Shown one piece after another: positions 1 through 10,464 of a stretch of DNA of 64,000 nucleotides; position 1 is the first letter of the stretch, and every line of letters starts with the position of its first letter. The notes under the pieces are model-generated. The model saw only the letters and a list, made by a program, of their open reading frames with translations. It was not told the DNA's origin and made no database searches. Position numbers and translations under genes: made by a program. Origin of the DNA: a bacterium (GTDB taxonomy: Bacteria; Zhuqueibacterota; Zhuqueibacteria; Residuimicrobiales; Residuimicrobiaceae); the NCBI GenBank assembly GCA_029554865.1, contig JAKPUX010000228.1, positions 25,883 through 89,882 on the forward strand. Direction: 5' to 3'.

Positions 1-74
1 TCCACAAGGTCTCTCCCGAGGGACACGGCGAGGAGATACTGAAACTCATCTGACCTTATTGGCCAAGGGCGTAT

Positions 75-1340
75 ATGGAGCTCTCCTACGGAACCACCAT
101 CCTTTCCTTCCTGCCTGATCCCCGCGTAGCCTGGCGCATACTTCCGGAGGTGGAGCCGGTCCCAGCGGCAGCCGCCGGTCCGGGCATTCTGCGGAACGCT
201 ATTAAGCAGCTGTTGGGGAAGCTGAAGGAGGGGGGCGCTGCAGCCGGAGAGAGCCTGCTGCTGGTCGTGCCCGACCATACCCGGCGCTGCCGCCTTGACG
301 AGGTTCTTGGCCTGCTGCTGCCTGAACTGGAGGCCCGTTTCGCCCCGCGGGTGAGCATCCTCGTCGCCAATGGCAGCCATGTGGTGCAGCCGGACCCGCT
401 GGTGCGCGACCTGGTTGGAGATAAGGTTTACAACTGTTATCCCGTCGCCCAGCACGACTGCCGGGAGGAGGGCCAACTCGAGTCGATCGGGATGACCTCC
501 TTCGGCACCCCGGTGATCATCAACCGCGCCGCCCTGGAGGCGGACCGGATTGTCACCATCGGGGGGATTCTCTATCACTACTTTGCCGGCTTTGGGGGCG
601 GACCCAAGATGCTGCTGCCCGGCATCGCCGGCGCCGAGACCATTCGCATCAACCACCGCCGGACGCTCAATCCCGCCACCGGCCAGTTTCATCCCGACTG
701 CCGGGAGGGCAACATCGAGACCAATCCGGTCTATCTTGATCTGGCCGAGATTGTGCGCTTTTTCCCGGCCGCCCTCTCCCTGCAGCTTGTGCTTTCCCCG
801 CAGGGGGAGATCGCTGCTGCGGCCGCCGGCCCCATTCTGCCGGTGCAGAGGGAACTGGTACCGCTGGTGCGAGATTTTTACAATCTGCCGATCGGAGAGC
901 GGGCGGATGTCGTCATCGCCAGCGCCGGCGGCCATCCCGCCGATATCAACCTTATTCAATCCCACAAATCCATCCATCACGCCTACCAAGCTGTCAAGAG
1001 CGGTGGCACCCTGATTGTGCTGGCCGAATGCCGTGAGGGCGTAGGGTCCGCCGCTTTTATGGACTATTTCACCGGTGTGAGCGCCGCGGAGATGGGCCGG
1101 GAGCTGCTCGGCAACTATCGTATCAATGGCCACACCGCCCTGACCCTGAAGAGCAAGTGTGAGGGGGCGCAGATCATTCTGATCTCGGCCCTTCCCCCTG
1201 AGCTGGTCCGGCGCACCGGCATGGTCCCGGCTGCATCGCTGGCGAAGGCCTGGCAGCTGGCCGGTCCGAATCTGCCCGCGGGTGCGACCGGTCTTATCCT
1301 GCCCAGGGCTGCCAAATATCTGCCGATCTCCCAATCCTGA
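75..1340 (+). CDS. LarA-like (lactate racemase N-terminal/DUF2088 family) protein
   Basis: 421-aa ORF; motif HYFAGFGGGPKMLLPGIAGAETIRINH resembles the LarA/DUF2088 nickel-pincer-cofactor enzyme family; family call from recalled motif only. Confidence 0.5.
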   Translation: MELSYGTTILSFLPDPRVAWRILPEVEPVPAAAAGPGILRNAIKQLLGKLKEGGAAAGESLLLVVPDHTRRCRLDEVLGLLLPELEARFAPRVSILVANGSHVVQPDPLVRDLVGDKVYNCYPVAQHDCREEGQLESIGMTSFGTPVIINRAALEADRIVTIGGILYHYFAGFGGGPKMLLPGIAGAETIRINHRRTLNPATGQFHPDCREGNIETNPVYLDLAEIVRFFPAALSLQLVLSPQGEIAAAAAGPILPVQRELVPLVRDFYNLPIGERADVVIASAGGHPADINLIQSHKSIHHAYQAVKSGGTLIVLAECREGVGSAAFMDYFTGVSAAEMGRELLGNYRINGHTALTLKSKCEGAQIILISALPPELVRRTGMVPAASLAKAWQLAGPNLPAGATGLILPRAAKYLPISQS

Positions 1341-1349
1341 AAGGACACT

Positions 1350-2837
1350 ATGAGCGACAATAGCCGCTCCCCGGTACTGGCCTCGTTTCCGCGCGTTTTC
1401 TGGGTGGCCAATCTGATGGAGCTTTTTGAACGCGCCGCCTATTACGGCATGAATTCAGTCCTGGCCGTCTATCTCACCAACAGCGCCGCGCAAGGGGGAT
1501 TGGGTTTCTCGGAGCAGTCGGTGGGCTTTCTGCAAAGTCTGGTCTATGCCATGACCTACGTGGTGCCCATCCTTGGCGGGGCCCTTGCCGACCGCTATGG
1601 CTACCGGCGCATGCTCATGGTCGCCTTCGCCCTGCTCACTGCCGGCTATTACATCACCGGTCATGTTTCGACCTACGGGGTTATCTTCACCAGCCTGCTG
1701 GTGCTGGCTACCGGGGCTGGCCTGTTCAAGCCGATCATCTCGGGTACCCTGGCGCGCAGCACCACCCCGGAGAACAGCGGCTTCGGATTCGGCATCTATT
1801 ACTGGATGATCAATCTTGGCGCCTTTTTGGCCCCGCTGCTGGTCAGCTATCTCAAGGGATTCTCCTGGTCCCTGATCTTTACGGTCTCGGCCCTCTACTG
1901 CGCGCTTATGCTGCTGCCCACCCTCTTTCTCTATCGCGATCCCCCGAGGCCGGAAAACAGCAAGCGTCTGCGCGAGGTGCTGGGCGGAGCGGCTATGGTG
2001 CTGGGCGATGCCCGTTTCATGCTGATGATTCTGGTCTATTCCTGCTTCTGGATTCTTTACTTTCAGAATTTCGGCTCGGTGCTCTGGTATCTGCGCGATT
2101 TTGTCGACAAGGCCCCGGTTGACGCTCTTTTCGCCCGTTTTGGCATCCCTTTCTCTTTCGACGCGGAGCATGTTACGGTGATCAATGCCGGGACCATCAT
2201 CCTGCTGCAGGTGGTGATCAGCCGCATCTTTAAAAACACGGGCGCTCTCTCGACCATGGTGATCGGGCTCTTCTTCGGCGCCCTGGGGTTCCTCTGCCTC
2301 GCCTTCGCCGCTACACCCTGGATTTTTATTCTCGGCCTGGTGATTTTTTCCATCGGTGAGATGACCGCGCATCCCCGCTACTACTCCTACGTGGGGACGA
2401 TCGCTCCGGCGGACAAGACGGCGGTCTATATGGGGTATGCTTTTCTCTACGGGGTGATCGGTTCGCTGGTGGGTTCCAATCTTGGCGGACTGCTCTATGC
2501 CCGCATGCTCAAGCCGCAGATAGGCCTGGCCAGCGCAGTGGAGATGAGCCGCAAATTCTGGCTCCTCTTTGCCCTTCTTGGCCTGGCCAGCATGGCCGGT
2601 CTGGCCCTTTATAACCGGTTCTTCGGACGGGATACGGAGGCTGCGCGCAGGCGGGCGCGCGCCATCATGATCGGGATCTACAGCCTGCTTCTGGCCGGCG
2701 GGGCGGCCTTTGGCTGGTCAGCCCTGAGCGGAGAGAGCGCGGATTACAAGACCTTGGTGCAGTCTGTCATATTGGTCGTGATGGGGGGAGGCGGACTGGC
2801 CGTGAGCCTGCGCCGCAAGCCGGAGCAGGCTCACTGA
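1350..2837 (+). CDS. POT/PTR2-family proton-dependent oligopeptide transporter (MFS)
   Basis: 495 aa, multiple TM segments; N-terminal FWVANLMELFERAAYYGM signature typical of the DtpT/POT family. Confidence 0.8.
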   Translation: MSDNSRSPVLASFPRVFWVANLMELFERAAYYGMNSVLAVYLTNSAAQGGLGFSEQSVGFLQSLVYAMTYVVPILGGALADRYGYRRMLMVAFALLTAGYYITGHVSTYGVIFTSLLVLATGAGLFKPIISGTLARSTTPENSGFGFGIYYWMINLGAFLAPLLVSYLKGFSWSLIFTVSALYCALMLLPTLFLYRDPPRPENSKRLREVLGGAAMVLGDARFMLMILVYSCFWILYFQNFGSVLWYLRDFVDKAPVDALFARFGIPFSFDAEHVTVINAGTIILLQVVISRIFKNTGALSTMVIGLFFGALGFLCLAFAATPWIFILGLVIFSIGEMTAHPRYYSYVGTIAPADKTAVYMGYAFLYGVIGSLVGSNLGGLLYARMLKPQIGLASAVEMSRKFWLLFALLGLASMAGLALYNRFFGRDTEAARRRARAIMIGIYSLLLAGGAAFGWSALSGESADYKTLVQSVILVVMGGGGLAVSLRRKPEQAH

Positions 2838-3398
2838 TCATTTGTCTGCGGTGACCGGTGAGGTGCGGGCGGCGGAGGCCAATTCGTCGCGAAGACGGAG
2901 CGCCCATTGTTCGATGAGCTTCCAGTCCCGGGTATCGACGCTGCCGTCTGCGGGCAGACCGGATTGCTCAAGGACATGGCGCATCAGCTTGCGCATGACC
3001 GGATTGAGTTTATCAAAGTCGATCTTGCCGCCAAAGGCCTCCACGGCGAAGGGGTGGAGATTCGGGAAACGCCGCAGGAGCTGGGGAAGCTGATCTTCCA
3101 TGGCCTTGCAGCGCCCTTCCTCGGAATTGGCACAGAGGCAGACGAGAAAAATCGCCACCCGTTTGGATTCGAGATGGTGACGGTGCAGGGCGATAAAATC
3201 GACCATGTTGGCCAGGGGGTGGCCGGCGCGGATGGAGCTGCCGAGGATGACGGTATCGTACGGGGCAACCGTGGAAACCTCATCGATGGGAAGGAGATCC
3301 ACACTGAGAAGGTCCGCCTGCTGGAGTATCTGCCCGATTTTTTCGGCGACTTCCCGCGTGGTCCCGAATCCACTGCTGTAGGTGATGAGGATCTGCAT
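2838..3398 (-). CDS. flavodoxin-family protein
   Basis: 186 aa; N-terminal MQILITYSSGFGTTREVAEKI FMN-binding flavodoxin signature; convergent with the POT gene (adjacent stop codons). Confidence 0.7.
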   Translation of the reverse strand: MQILITYSSGFGTTREVAEKIGQILQQADLLSVDLLPIDEVSTVAPYDTVILGSSIRAGHPLANMVDFIALHRHHLESKRVAIFLVCLCANSEEGRCKAMEDQLPQLLRRFPNLHPFAVEAFGGKIDFDKLNPVMRKLMRHVLEQSGLPADGSVDTRDWKLIEQWALRLRDELASAARTSPVTADK

Positions 3399-3513
3399 AA
3401 AAACCTTACTGGTTGGCTATGAACGACCCCCAGGGTAAAGGGGCTGGTGTATTCTGTTCCATTTACTTTATAAACAAGCAACAGCGAAGAAATAATTCCT
3501 TTAGTTTCGGCTT

Positions 3514-4842
3514 ATGCGCATTTTATTGCTGCAACCTGCAATCGAAGACTTTTATACCACTCCGATACGCTTCTATCCGCTTGGGCTGCTCTATACGGCC
3601 GCTGCTATGCGGGAGGCGGGCCATGAGGTTCGTCTTGTCGATGCCCTGACCCCGCTGCACAAGCGCACTCTCGCCCTGCCCCGGGCCCTGGCCCATTTGC
3701 GGCCGTATCTCGGCCGCTCCCCGCACTTTTTCAACCGCTTCTACCGCTTCGGCAGGGAGGATGAGTCCCTGCTTCAGGAAGTCAGGAACTGGCAGCCCGA
3801 TGCTGTCGGGCTCTCCAGCCAGTTCACCGCCTATTACAAGAACGTCCACGAGATCGCCGGCCGCATCAAGGCGGAGAGGGATCTCCTCCTTTTCATCGGC
3901 GGGCACCACGCTACCGTTTTCGGCGCTGAATGCCGGCGGAGAACCCCGGCCATCGATGCGGTCTGCACAGGCCCTGCGGAAACGGGCCTGCAGGAGATTT
4001 ATGACCGGGCGGGCGCGCCCCTGGTGAAGGGGGCCGTGGACTGGCGCAGTCTGAGGCCGGCCCACGATCTGCTCCCTGCCGATCTCTACCGTATCGGCCG
4101 CAGCCGCTATGCTTCGCTGCTCTGCAGCCGGGGTTGTCCGAACGGCTGCGACTTTTGCAGTGTCGATCGCATGTTCGGGCGCAGCCTCTCCTACCGCCCG
4201 GTGGAGGAGGTCATGAGCGAGATGCGCTTTCTGCACGAGCGGCGCGGGGTGCGAATCTTCAATTTTGAGGATGATAACCTGACCGGGCGGATGGCGTGGT
4301 TCCGGGAGTTTCTGCAGGGGGTGACCAGAGAGCCGCTTTTCGCCGATATCGAGCTGACGGCCATGAACGGGATCTGCTACCCCGGCCTGGATGAGGAGAC
4401 TCTCGGACTGATGCGCCGCGCAGGCTTCAAACGGCTCAACCTCTCCCTGGTGACGCAGGATCCCGGCCTGCGCCGGAGATATCACCGTCCGCATGGGGAG
4501 GGAGAGCTCGAGGAGGTCATCGCCCGGGCGCAGCGGCTCGGTCTATTTGTCACCATCTATCTCATCATCGGTCTGCCGGGACAGAGCTACGCCGAGATCC
4601 GCGGGACCATAGACCATCTGCTCGATCTCGGTGTCCTTGTCGGCCCCTCGATTTTTTACCTCCCTCCTGCTTCACCCCTTTACGACCGGCTCGAGCTGCC
4701 GGCCCAGCTGCTGGCCGAATGGGAGCTCTATCGTTCCTCCGCCTTTGCCGTTGAGAGCGCGGAACTGCCGCGTGCGGCGCTGATCGAGCTTTTTTCCTAT
4801 GTCCGGGCCGAAAATTTGCGCCGCCGGCCGCCGGCAGCGTAA
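3514..4842 (+). CDS. B12-binding domain radical SAM protein
   Basis: 442 aa; N-terminal B12-binding-like region followed by a CSRGCPNGCDFCSV CxxxCxxC radical-SAM motif. Confidence 0.8.
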   Translation: MRILLLQPAIEDFYTTPIRFYPLGLLYTAAAMREAGHEVRLVDALTPLHKRTLALPRALAHLRPYLGRSPHFFNRFYRFGREDESLLQEVRNWQPDAVGLSSQFTAYYKNVHEIAGRIKAERDLLLFIGGHHATVFGAECRRRTPAIDAVCTGPAETGLQEIYDRAGAPLVKGAVDWRSLRPAHDLLPADLYRIGRSRYASLLCSRGCPNGCDFCSVDRMFGRSLSYRPVEEVMSEMRFLHERRGVRIFNFEDDNLTGRMAWFREFLQGVTREPLFADIELTAMNGICYPGLDEETLGLMRRAGFKRLNLSLVTQDPGLRRRYHRPHGEGELEEVIARAQRLGLFVTIYLIIGLPGQSYAEIRGTIDHLLDLGVLVGPSIFYLPPASPLYDRLELPAQLLAEWELYRSSAFAVESAELPRAALIELFSYVRAENLRRRPPAA

Positions 4843-4882
4843 AAAATCTGCTTGCGCCTGAAGGCCTATAGCTGTAAATTGC

Positions 4883-6481
4883 TTGCGCTTGCCGGAAAAG
4901 GCTTACCGGCTTACTGTTCCTGGACCCATCCTGGAGGCGGAAGTGAAAGAAAGCTATGCCCTGGCTAATCCGATTTCGGTGCTATTGGACAAGCCTCGCG
5001 AAGAGTTCACCCGGCGCGATCTCCTGCGCGTCATCGAAGAAAGACAGATGGAACGCATCACCCTTCATTATACCGCTCTCGATGGCAAACTCAAGGAGCT
5101 CAAGATCCCCCTGGCCAACCGCAGCCAGGCCGACCACATCCTCGCCGACGGTGAAAGGGCGGACGGCTCCTCTCTCTTCAAGGGAATGGTCGACGCCTCG
5201 GTTTCCGATCTTTACGTTGTCCCCCTTTACAAGACTGCGTTTCTGAATCCCTTCGACCCCAACAGCCTCGATTTCATCTGCCGTTATCTCGACAGCAGCG
5301 GCACCTATGCCGCCTTTGCGCCGGACAATATCCTGCTCAATGCCCATGCCTATTTCAAAAAGAGCACAGGATTCACCCTCAATGCCCTTGGCGAGCTGGA
5401 ATTCTATCTGCTGGCGGAACCGGAAAGTCATATTTTCCTGGCCGGCAAGCAGCGCGGCTATCACGCCTCGGCGCCCTTCATCAAGACCGGCAAGGTGCTG
5501 GATGAGATGGTCCGCTACATCACCCAGATCACGGGGGCAGTGAAGTATGCCCACAGCGAGGTCGGTTATCTCGAAAATGTACACAGCGATCTGGCCGAGA
5601 TCAACGGCAAGCGCGCCGAGCAGCTGGAGATCGAGATGCTGCCCACGCCCATCGATGAAGCGGGCGACATCCTGGTGCTGGCGAAATGGCTCATCCGCAA
5701 CGTCGCCTACCGGAACAACTGCGTCGCCACCTTCACCCCCAAGCTTGAGGAGGGTGTCGCCGGCAGCGGTATGCATGTCCACGTCGAACTCTGCAAGGAT
5801 GAGCGCAACGTCATGCTGGGCACCGACGGCCGGCTCACCACGGAGGCGCGCCGGCTCATCGGGGGGTTTTGCACCTATGCCGATTCCCTCACCGCCTTTG
5901 GCAACACCATTTCACCTGCTTATCTGCGCCTGGTGCCCAACCAGGAGGCCCCGACCCGCATCTGCTGGAGCGATTGCAACCGTTCGGCGATGATTCGCGT
6001 GCCTCTGGGCTGGGTCAATGCCAATGATCTCGGGAACAAACTCAATCCCCAGCAGGATGTGGAGAAGGAGAGCTCCGCTGGCCGGCAGACGGTCGAACTG
6101 CGCAGTCCTGACGGCAGTGCGGCGGTCCATCTTTTGCTGGCCGGAATGACCCTGGCGGCTGAATGGGGCCTCACCCATCCAGGATCGCTCGAGCTCGCGG
6201 AACAGCTTTATGTGCGGGGCAATATCTTTGAGGATCCCCAACTCCTGCAGCGGCTGCAGGCCCTGCCGAAGAGCTGCGTCGAATCGGGGAAGCTGCTGCT
6301 GGAAAAGCGCTCTCTCTACGAACGTGAAGGCATCTTTCCGGCCAGCATCATCGACTATTCGGCGAGGCTGCTCTTCGCCGAGCAGGACGAGGACCTCAAC
6401 AACCATTTGCTCCATCTGCCGGCCGATGACCGGTTGAAGGAGACCCGCAAGCTCATGCACAAGGATCTGCACCGGCATTAA
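4883..6481 (+). CDS. glutamine synthetase family protein (GlnA-like catalytic domain)
   Basis: 532 aa; beta-grasp N-domain followed by a GSGMHVHVEL glutamine-synthetase catalytic signature; exact subfamily (GS vs gamma-glutamyl ligase) unresolved. Confidence 0.65.
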   Translation: MRLPEKAYRLTVPGPILEAEVKESYALANPISVLLDKPREEFTRRDLLRVIEERQMERITLHYTALDGKLKELKIPLANRSQADHILADGERADGSSLFKGMVDASVSDLYVVPLYKTAFLNPFDPNSLDFICRYLDSSGTYAAFAPDNILLNAHAYFKKSTGFTLNALGELEFYLLAEPESHIFLAGKQRGYHASAPFIKTGKVLDEMVRYITQITGAVKYAHSEVGYLENVHSDLAEINGKRAEQLEIEMLPTPIDEAGDILVLAKWLIRNVAYRNNCVATFTPKLEEGVAGSGMHVHVELCKDERNVMLGTDGRLTTEARRLIGGFCTYADSLTAFGNTISPAYLRLVPNQEAPTRICWSDCNRSAMIRVPLGWVNANDLGNKLNPQQDVEKESSAGRQTVELRSPDGSAAVHLLLAGMTLAAEWGLTHPGSLELAEQLYVRGNIFEDPQLLQRLQALPKSCVESGKLLLEKRSLYEREGIFPASIIDYSARLLFAEQDEDLNNHLLHLPADDRLKETRKLMHKDLHRH

Positions 6482-6573
6482 TTCGTTCGCAAGGATGGTG
6501 GGAAAAGGGGGGAGGGAGAGCAGGGTGCGCGTGGCGTCTGTATATGCCGGTCACCCGGAGAGGTGGAGGGGGA

Positions 6574-7689
6574 TCAGGAGAGGGCGCGGGTGATGATGCC
6601 CCCGCCAAGGACGATCTCGCCGCGATAGAGGACGACCGACTGCCCCGGGGTCACCGCCGGCCTCGGCTCGAGGAAACGGAGGGTAAAGCCCTCCGGGCCC
6701 GCCTCCTCGATCAGGGCCGGATAACCCGGGTCCTTGTAGCGGATGCGCGCCTCGACCGGTTCGCCCCTCCTGGGCTCGGCCTCGGCGATCCAGTTGGGAT
6801 TTTGCGCCTGCAGTCCGGTCGCCATCAGCTGCTCCTTCTGCCCGATGGTGATGCGGTTGGCGGCCGGATCGATGGCAGTGACGAAGACCGGGTGGCCCAT
6901 GGCCACTCCCAGCCCCTTGCGCTGTCCGATGGTGTAATAGGGATAGCCCCGGTGGCGTCCAACCCTTTTGCCTTCCACAGTGATGATCTCCCCCTCCGCA
7001 ATGGTGATTCCCCTCTGTTCCAACTCCTCAGCAAGAAATCGCTGATAGTTGTCATCATGGATGAAGCAAATCTCCTGGCTCTCGGTTTTATGGGCAGCCG
7101 GCAGTCCGTGTGCGGTGGCGATGGCGCGCACCTCGCTTTTGGTGAGATCACCGAGCGGAAAGAGGGTCCGGGCGAGCTGCTCCTGGGTGAGGCGCCAGAG
7201 GGCATAGGATTGGTCCTTGTCGAGGTTTGCCGCCCGGCGCAGAAGATGGCGGCCGCCGGGGGGGGCGGGCACGAGGCGCGCGTAATGGCCGGTGGCAAAA
7301 AGATCGGCTCCGCTTTCGAGGGCGAATTTGCAGAGTGCGCCCCACTTGATGGTGAGGTTGCACAGGACGCAGGGATTGGGTGTTCGGCCAGCCAGGTATT
7401 CCGCGACGAAACCGTCGATGACGCTTTTCCGGAAGCGGTCGCGCAGATCCACGACCTGATGGGGGATGCCCAGGTGGCGGCAGATCATCGCCGCTTCCTC
7501 GGCTGCGGATGGGGCTGTGTCCTCGCTGTCGGCGTCAAAATGGAGCATGGTGATGCCCAGGACCTCGTAGTTGGCCTCCAGCAACAGCAGAGCAGCGACC
7601 GAACTGTCCACCCCTCCGCTCATTGCTACCGCGACCCGCTGCTCATGCGCCGCCAAATCGGCCCCTCCTCTGCGCCGCCAGACTGCCAC
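6574..7689 (-). CDS. mnmA: tRNA 2-thiouridine(34) synthase MnmA
   Basis: 371 aa; PP-loop VAMSGGVDSSVAA near the N-terminus and conserved MnmA C-terminal region. Confidence 0.9.
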   Translation of the reverse strand: MAVWRRRGGADLAAHEQRVAVAMSGGVDSSVAALLLLEANYEVLGITMLHFDADSEDTAPSAAEEAAMICRHLGIPHQVVDLRDRFRKSVIDGFVAEYLAGRTPNPCVLCNLTIKWGALCKFALESGADLFATGHYARLVPAPPGGRHLLRRAANLDKDQSYALWRLTQEQLARTLFPLGDLTKSEVRAIATAHGLPAAHKTESQEICFIHDDNYQRFLAEELEQRGITIAEGEIITVEGKRVGRHRGYPYYTIGQRKGLGVAMGHPVFVTAIDPAANRITIGQKEQLMATGLQAQNPNWIAEAEPRRGEPVEARIRYKDPGYPALIEEAGPEGFTLRFLEPRPAVTPGQSVVLYRGEIVLGGGIITRALS

Positions 7690-7927
7690 TGCAAAACCGG
7701 AATGTGGAAAAATCGTGCTTTTTTATACGCACTTTGTGGCCTCTGCTGCTATACTTATCAAGAATGTGATATAGAGTAAAATTAGACAATTTCGCCGATT
7801 AAACAAGCGTAATTTTTGCAGCAGGTTGCCAGGCAAGCGCTTTACAGGATCTACCGGGGATGTGACTGCTCAGGGGCGGCACGCAGCAGTTCGCCGTCAT
7901 CGGGTGGAGGGATGAAGGGATGAGAAC

Positions 7928-8659
7928 ATGAATCGGGAAGCCGAGCCGATCCTCTATTATTGGCTGCAGAGCGCCCAAAGCATGCGGGTCCGCCGGATCC
8001 GTGTCGTGGAAGGGCGTGAACGGCTTCAGATCAATCTGGAAAATGCCGTCTTTTTCAGGCTGCTCAGAAGCGGCAGACCCGACGGCATGTCCGCCCGGGG
8101 ATGTGCAACCTATCTCCATTTCTACCGTGAGGAGGCGCGCAAGCTGAGAGCGCAGGGAGAGAGCAAGGGGCTCTCGACGGCCGAGCAGCGCAACCTCGAA
8201 GAGGAACTCCTCAGCTACTTCCCCCGCGCCCTGGCTTTTCTCAAGCTGGGGGAGTACAAGGCCTGCGCCCAGGACCTGCATCACTGCATGGAGTTGGCGC
8301 GTTTCACCTTCCGCCATGGCAAGGGCGGGGGGGCGGCCGAGAGCTGTATGGAGATGATGCCGACGCTGCACATGATCTATTACCTCGCCCTGTGCGCGAT
8401 GAGCCTCGAGGCGGGACATCCAACCCGCGCCCTCTACTATCTCGACCGTGGAGTGCAGAACATCTCCGCCGACTATCTGCGCATCTCCCAGCGCAGCGCC
8501 TGCAGCGACAGCGAGGAGGCCTTGCGGCTGCGCTCCTTTCGAGAAATCATTCTGCAGGAGAGCCGCCGGCGTTTGGCGAGGCGCAGGGGGAAAAGTCCGC
8601 TGCACGTGCCGATCTGCCAACTGCTCTCCCAACAGCGCCGGCCCGCGGTGGAATCGTGA
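7928..8659 (+). CDS. hypothetical protein
   Basis: 243-aa ORF with protein-like composition; preferred over the overlapping 307-aa minus-strand ORF 7799..8722, which is Arg/Ala/Gly-rich (GC artefact); followed by a terminator. Confidence 0.4.
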   Translation: MNREAEPILYYWLQSAQSMRVRRIRVVEGRERLQINLENAVFFRLLRSGRPDGMSARGCATYLHFYREEARKLRAQGESKGLSTAEQRNLEEELLSYFPRALAFLKLGEYKACAQDLHHCMELARFTFRHGKGGGAAESCMEMMPTLHMIYYLALCAMSLEAGHPTRALYYLDRGVQNISADYLRISQRSACSDSEEALRLRSFREIILQESRRRLARRRGKSPLHVPICQLLSQQRRPAVES

Positions 8660-8704
8660 CCAGTCTGCGCGCCCCGCAGCAGTTATTATAATTACGCCCG
8701 ACAC

Positions 8705-8740
8705 AGAAAAGCCCCGTATCAACGGGGCTTTTTATTTTTA
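8705..8740. terminator. bidirectional rho-independent terminator between convergent genes
   Basis: AAAAGCCCCGT-atca-ACGGGGCTTTTTATTTTT: GC stem flanked by an A-run and a T-run. Confidence 0.6.
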
Positions 8741-8763
8741 CTGCAGGGGCCTGAGGCTGCAGA

Positions 8764-9747
8764 TCAGAAGGTCCGCTCGGCGATGGCACCGATAAAGGCC
8801 TCGAGATCGCGGGCGGCGGGATTTTGCGGCAGCACTTTCAGATTTGAACGTGCTTTTTCCAGGCAGCGGGAAATTTCTGCGCGGGCCGCTGCGAGGGTGC
8901 CAATCTCCTCAAAGAGGGCGATGATGGCGGTGAGCCGTTCTTTTTCGATGGGCCTGCGCTCGGTCAGCGCCGCCAGGGTCATCAGCTGGGCGGGAGAGGC
9001 GGTGTGCCGCGCGTGGGCAATCAGAAAGCTTTTTTTACCTTCCTCCAGATCACTGGCCACATCCTTGCCGATGGTTTTTTCCTCTCCGAGCAGATCGAGC
9101 AGATCGTCCTGCAGCTGAAACGCCCGACCCACCTGAGCGCCGTAGCAGGCGAGCGCTGCGCTCGTCTGCTCTTCCCCGCCCCCGAGCATGGCGCCCGCCT
9201 GGCAGGCCAGCTCGAAAAGCCGGCCGGTTTTTTTTTCGATCATCTCATAATACTGCGCCAAAGAGACTTCCACACGCGTTTCGAACTCCTTGTCCAGCGC
9301 CTGCCCTTCACAGATATCGAGGATGGCGCTGCTGAAAGTGCGCAGGATGGCGGGCAGGTGGCGGCTATCCACCCGCGCCAGCAGGGCATAGCCCAGGACC
9401 AGGAGGGCGTCTCCGGCGAGGATGGCGACATTTTCGTCCCAGCGGTGGTGGACGGTTGGCCGGCCGCGGCGAAGTTCATCATGGTCCATGATGTCATCAT
9501 GGACCAGGGTGAAGTTGTGGATCACCTCGATGGCGAGGGCACCATCCAGGGCCTGCTCCGGGTCTCCGCCGACGGCCTCGCAGGAAAGCAGCAGCAGACA
9601 GGGCCGGAGCTGCTTGCCCGGCTGGGAGAGGGCATAGCGCATGGGGTCGTAAAGCGAGACGGGCTCGCCTTTGCGGATAACCTCTTCGAGCCGCCCCTGA
9701 ATGAGCTTTTTATATCCGGCCAATCTGGCTTCGAGTTGCGGATTCAC
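8764..9747 (-). CDS. polyprenyl diphosphate synthase (FPP/GGPP synthase family)
   Basis: 327 aa; first DDxxD motif LVHDDIMD and overall trans-isoprenyl diphosphate synthase architecture. Confidence 0.85.
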   Translation of the reverse strand: MNPQLEARLAGYKKLIQGRLEEVIRKGEPVSLYDPMRYALSQPGKQLRPCLLLLSCEAVGGDPEQALDGALAIEVIHNFTLVHDDIMDHDELRRGRPTVHHRWDENVAILAGDALLVLGYALLARVDSRHLPAILRTFSSAILDICEGQALDKEFETRVEVSLAQYYEMIEKKTGRLFELACQAGAMLGGGEEQTSAALACYGAQVGRAFQLQDDLLDLLGEEKTIGKDVASDLEEGKKSFLIAHARHTASPAQLMTLAALTERRPIEKERLTAIIALFEEIGTLAAARAEISRCLEKARSNLKVLPQNPAARDLEAFIGAIAERTF

Positions 9748-9878
9748 GTGTCTGCCCTGTGTGGAACTTTTTTTAAGGTACGATGGGATAGATTGAGAAG
9801 CAAGTGAAAAGTAAAAGCTCCAGAGATCTGGAGCTTTTCTACGATCACTATAACAGTGCGGCGAAGCGGTGGTATTGG

Positions 9879-10454
9879 TCAGGGCAGTCCGATGGTCCCC
9901 TCGCGGATGGCATCGGCAAAGTCGGCCTGACCGATCTCGGCGTTGGTAAAATTGGCGTTGGTCAGATCGGCCCCCGCCAGGGTGGCGCCGGTCAGGTCGG
10001 CCCGCTCGATATGGACATTCTGGAGATTGGCGCGGCGCAGGGTGGCGTGGCGCAGATTGGCCCGCTTCATGCGGGCACGGCTCAGATCGGCATCGGTGAG
10101 GTCGGCCTTTTCAAGGCTGGAACCGAAGAGCGAGGTGTGAATAAGTGTCGCCTTGACCAGGACGGCCTGGTCGAGATTACTGTCCTGAAGATTGGCCTCG
10201 GAGAGGAGCGCCCCGCTTAGATTGGCCTTGTGCAGGTTGGCTCCGAAGAGAAAGGCGTTTTCGAGGTTGCTGCCGGAGAGGTTGGCCCCCTCGAGGTTGC
10301 AGTTTTGTAGGTGGGCTTCCCGCAGGTCTAATCCTGAGAGATCGACCCCCTTGAGGGATTCATAGGAGAGGTCGACTTCGGTCATGTTGATGCCCGCCAA
10401 CGATTGGCCGCTGCGGATCTTGTCCAAGACTTCTTCCCGGCTCAACTGGATCAT
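9879..10454 (-). CDS. pentapeptide repeat protein
   Basis: 191 aa dominated by A(D/N)L*X pentapeptide repeats (ANLSGANLENAFLFGANLHKANLSGALLSEANL...). Confidence 0.8.
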   Translation of the reverse strand: MIQLSREEVLDKIRSGQSLAGINMTEVDLSYESLKGVDLSGLDLREAHLQNCNLEGANLSGSNLENAFLFGANLHKANLSGALLSEANLQDSNLDQAVLVKATLIHTSLFGSSLEKADLTDADLSRARMKRANLRHATLRRANLQNVHIERADLTGATLAGADLTNANFTNAEIGQADFADAIREGTIGLP

Positions 10455-10464
10455 ACGGCCTCCT

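Noticed and set aside
7799-8722. 307-aa minus-strand ORF overlapping the 7928..8659 plus-strand ORF
   Set aside because: Arg/Ala/Gly/Pro-rich with no start context. The plus-strand frame has more protein-like composition and is followed by a terminator, so the plus ORF was preferred, at low confidence.
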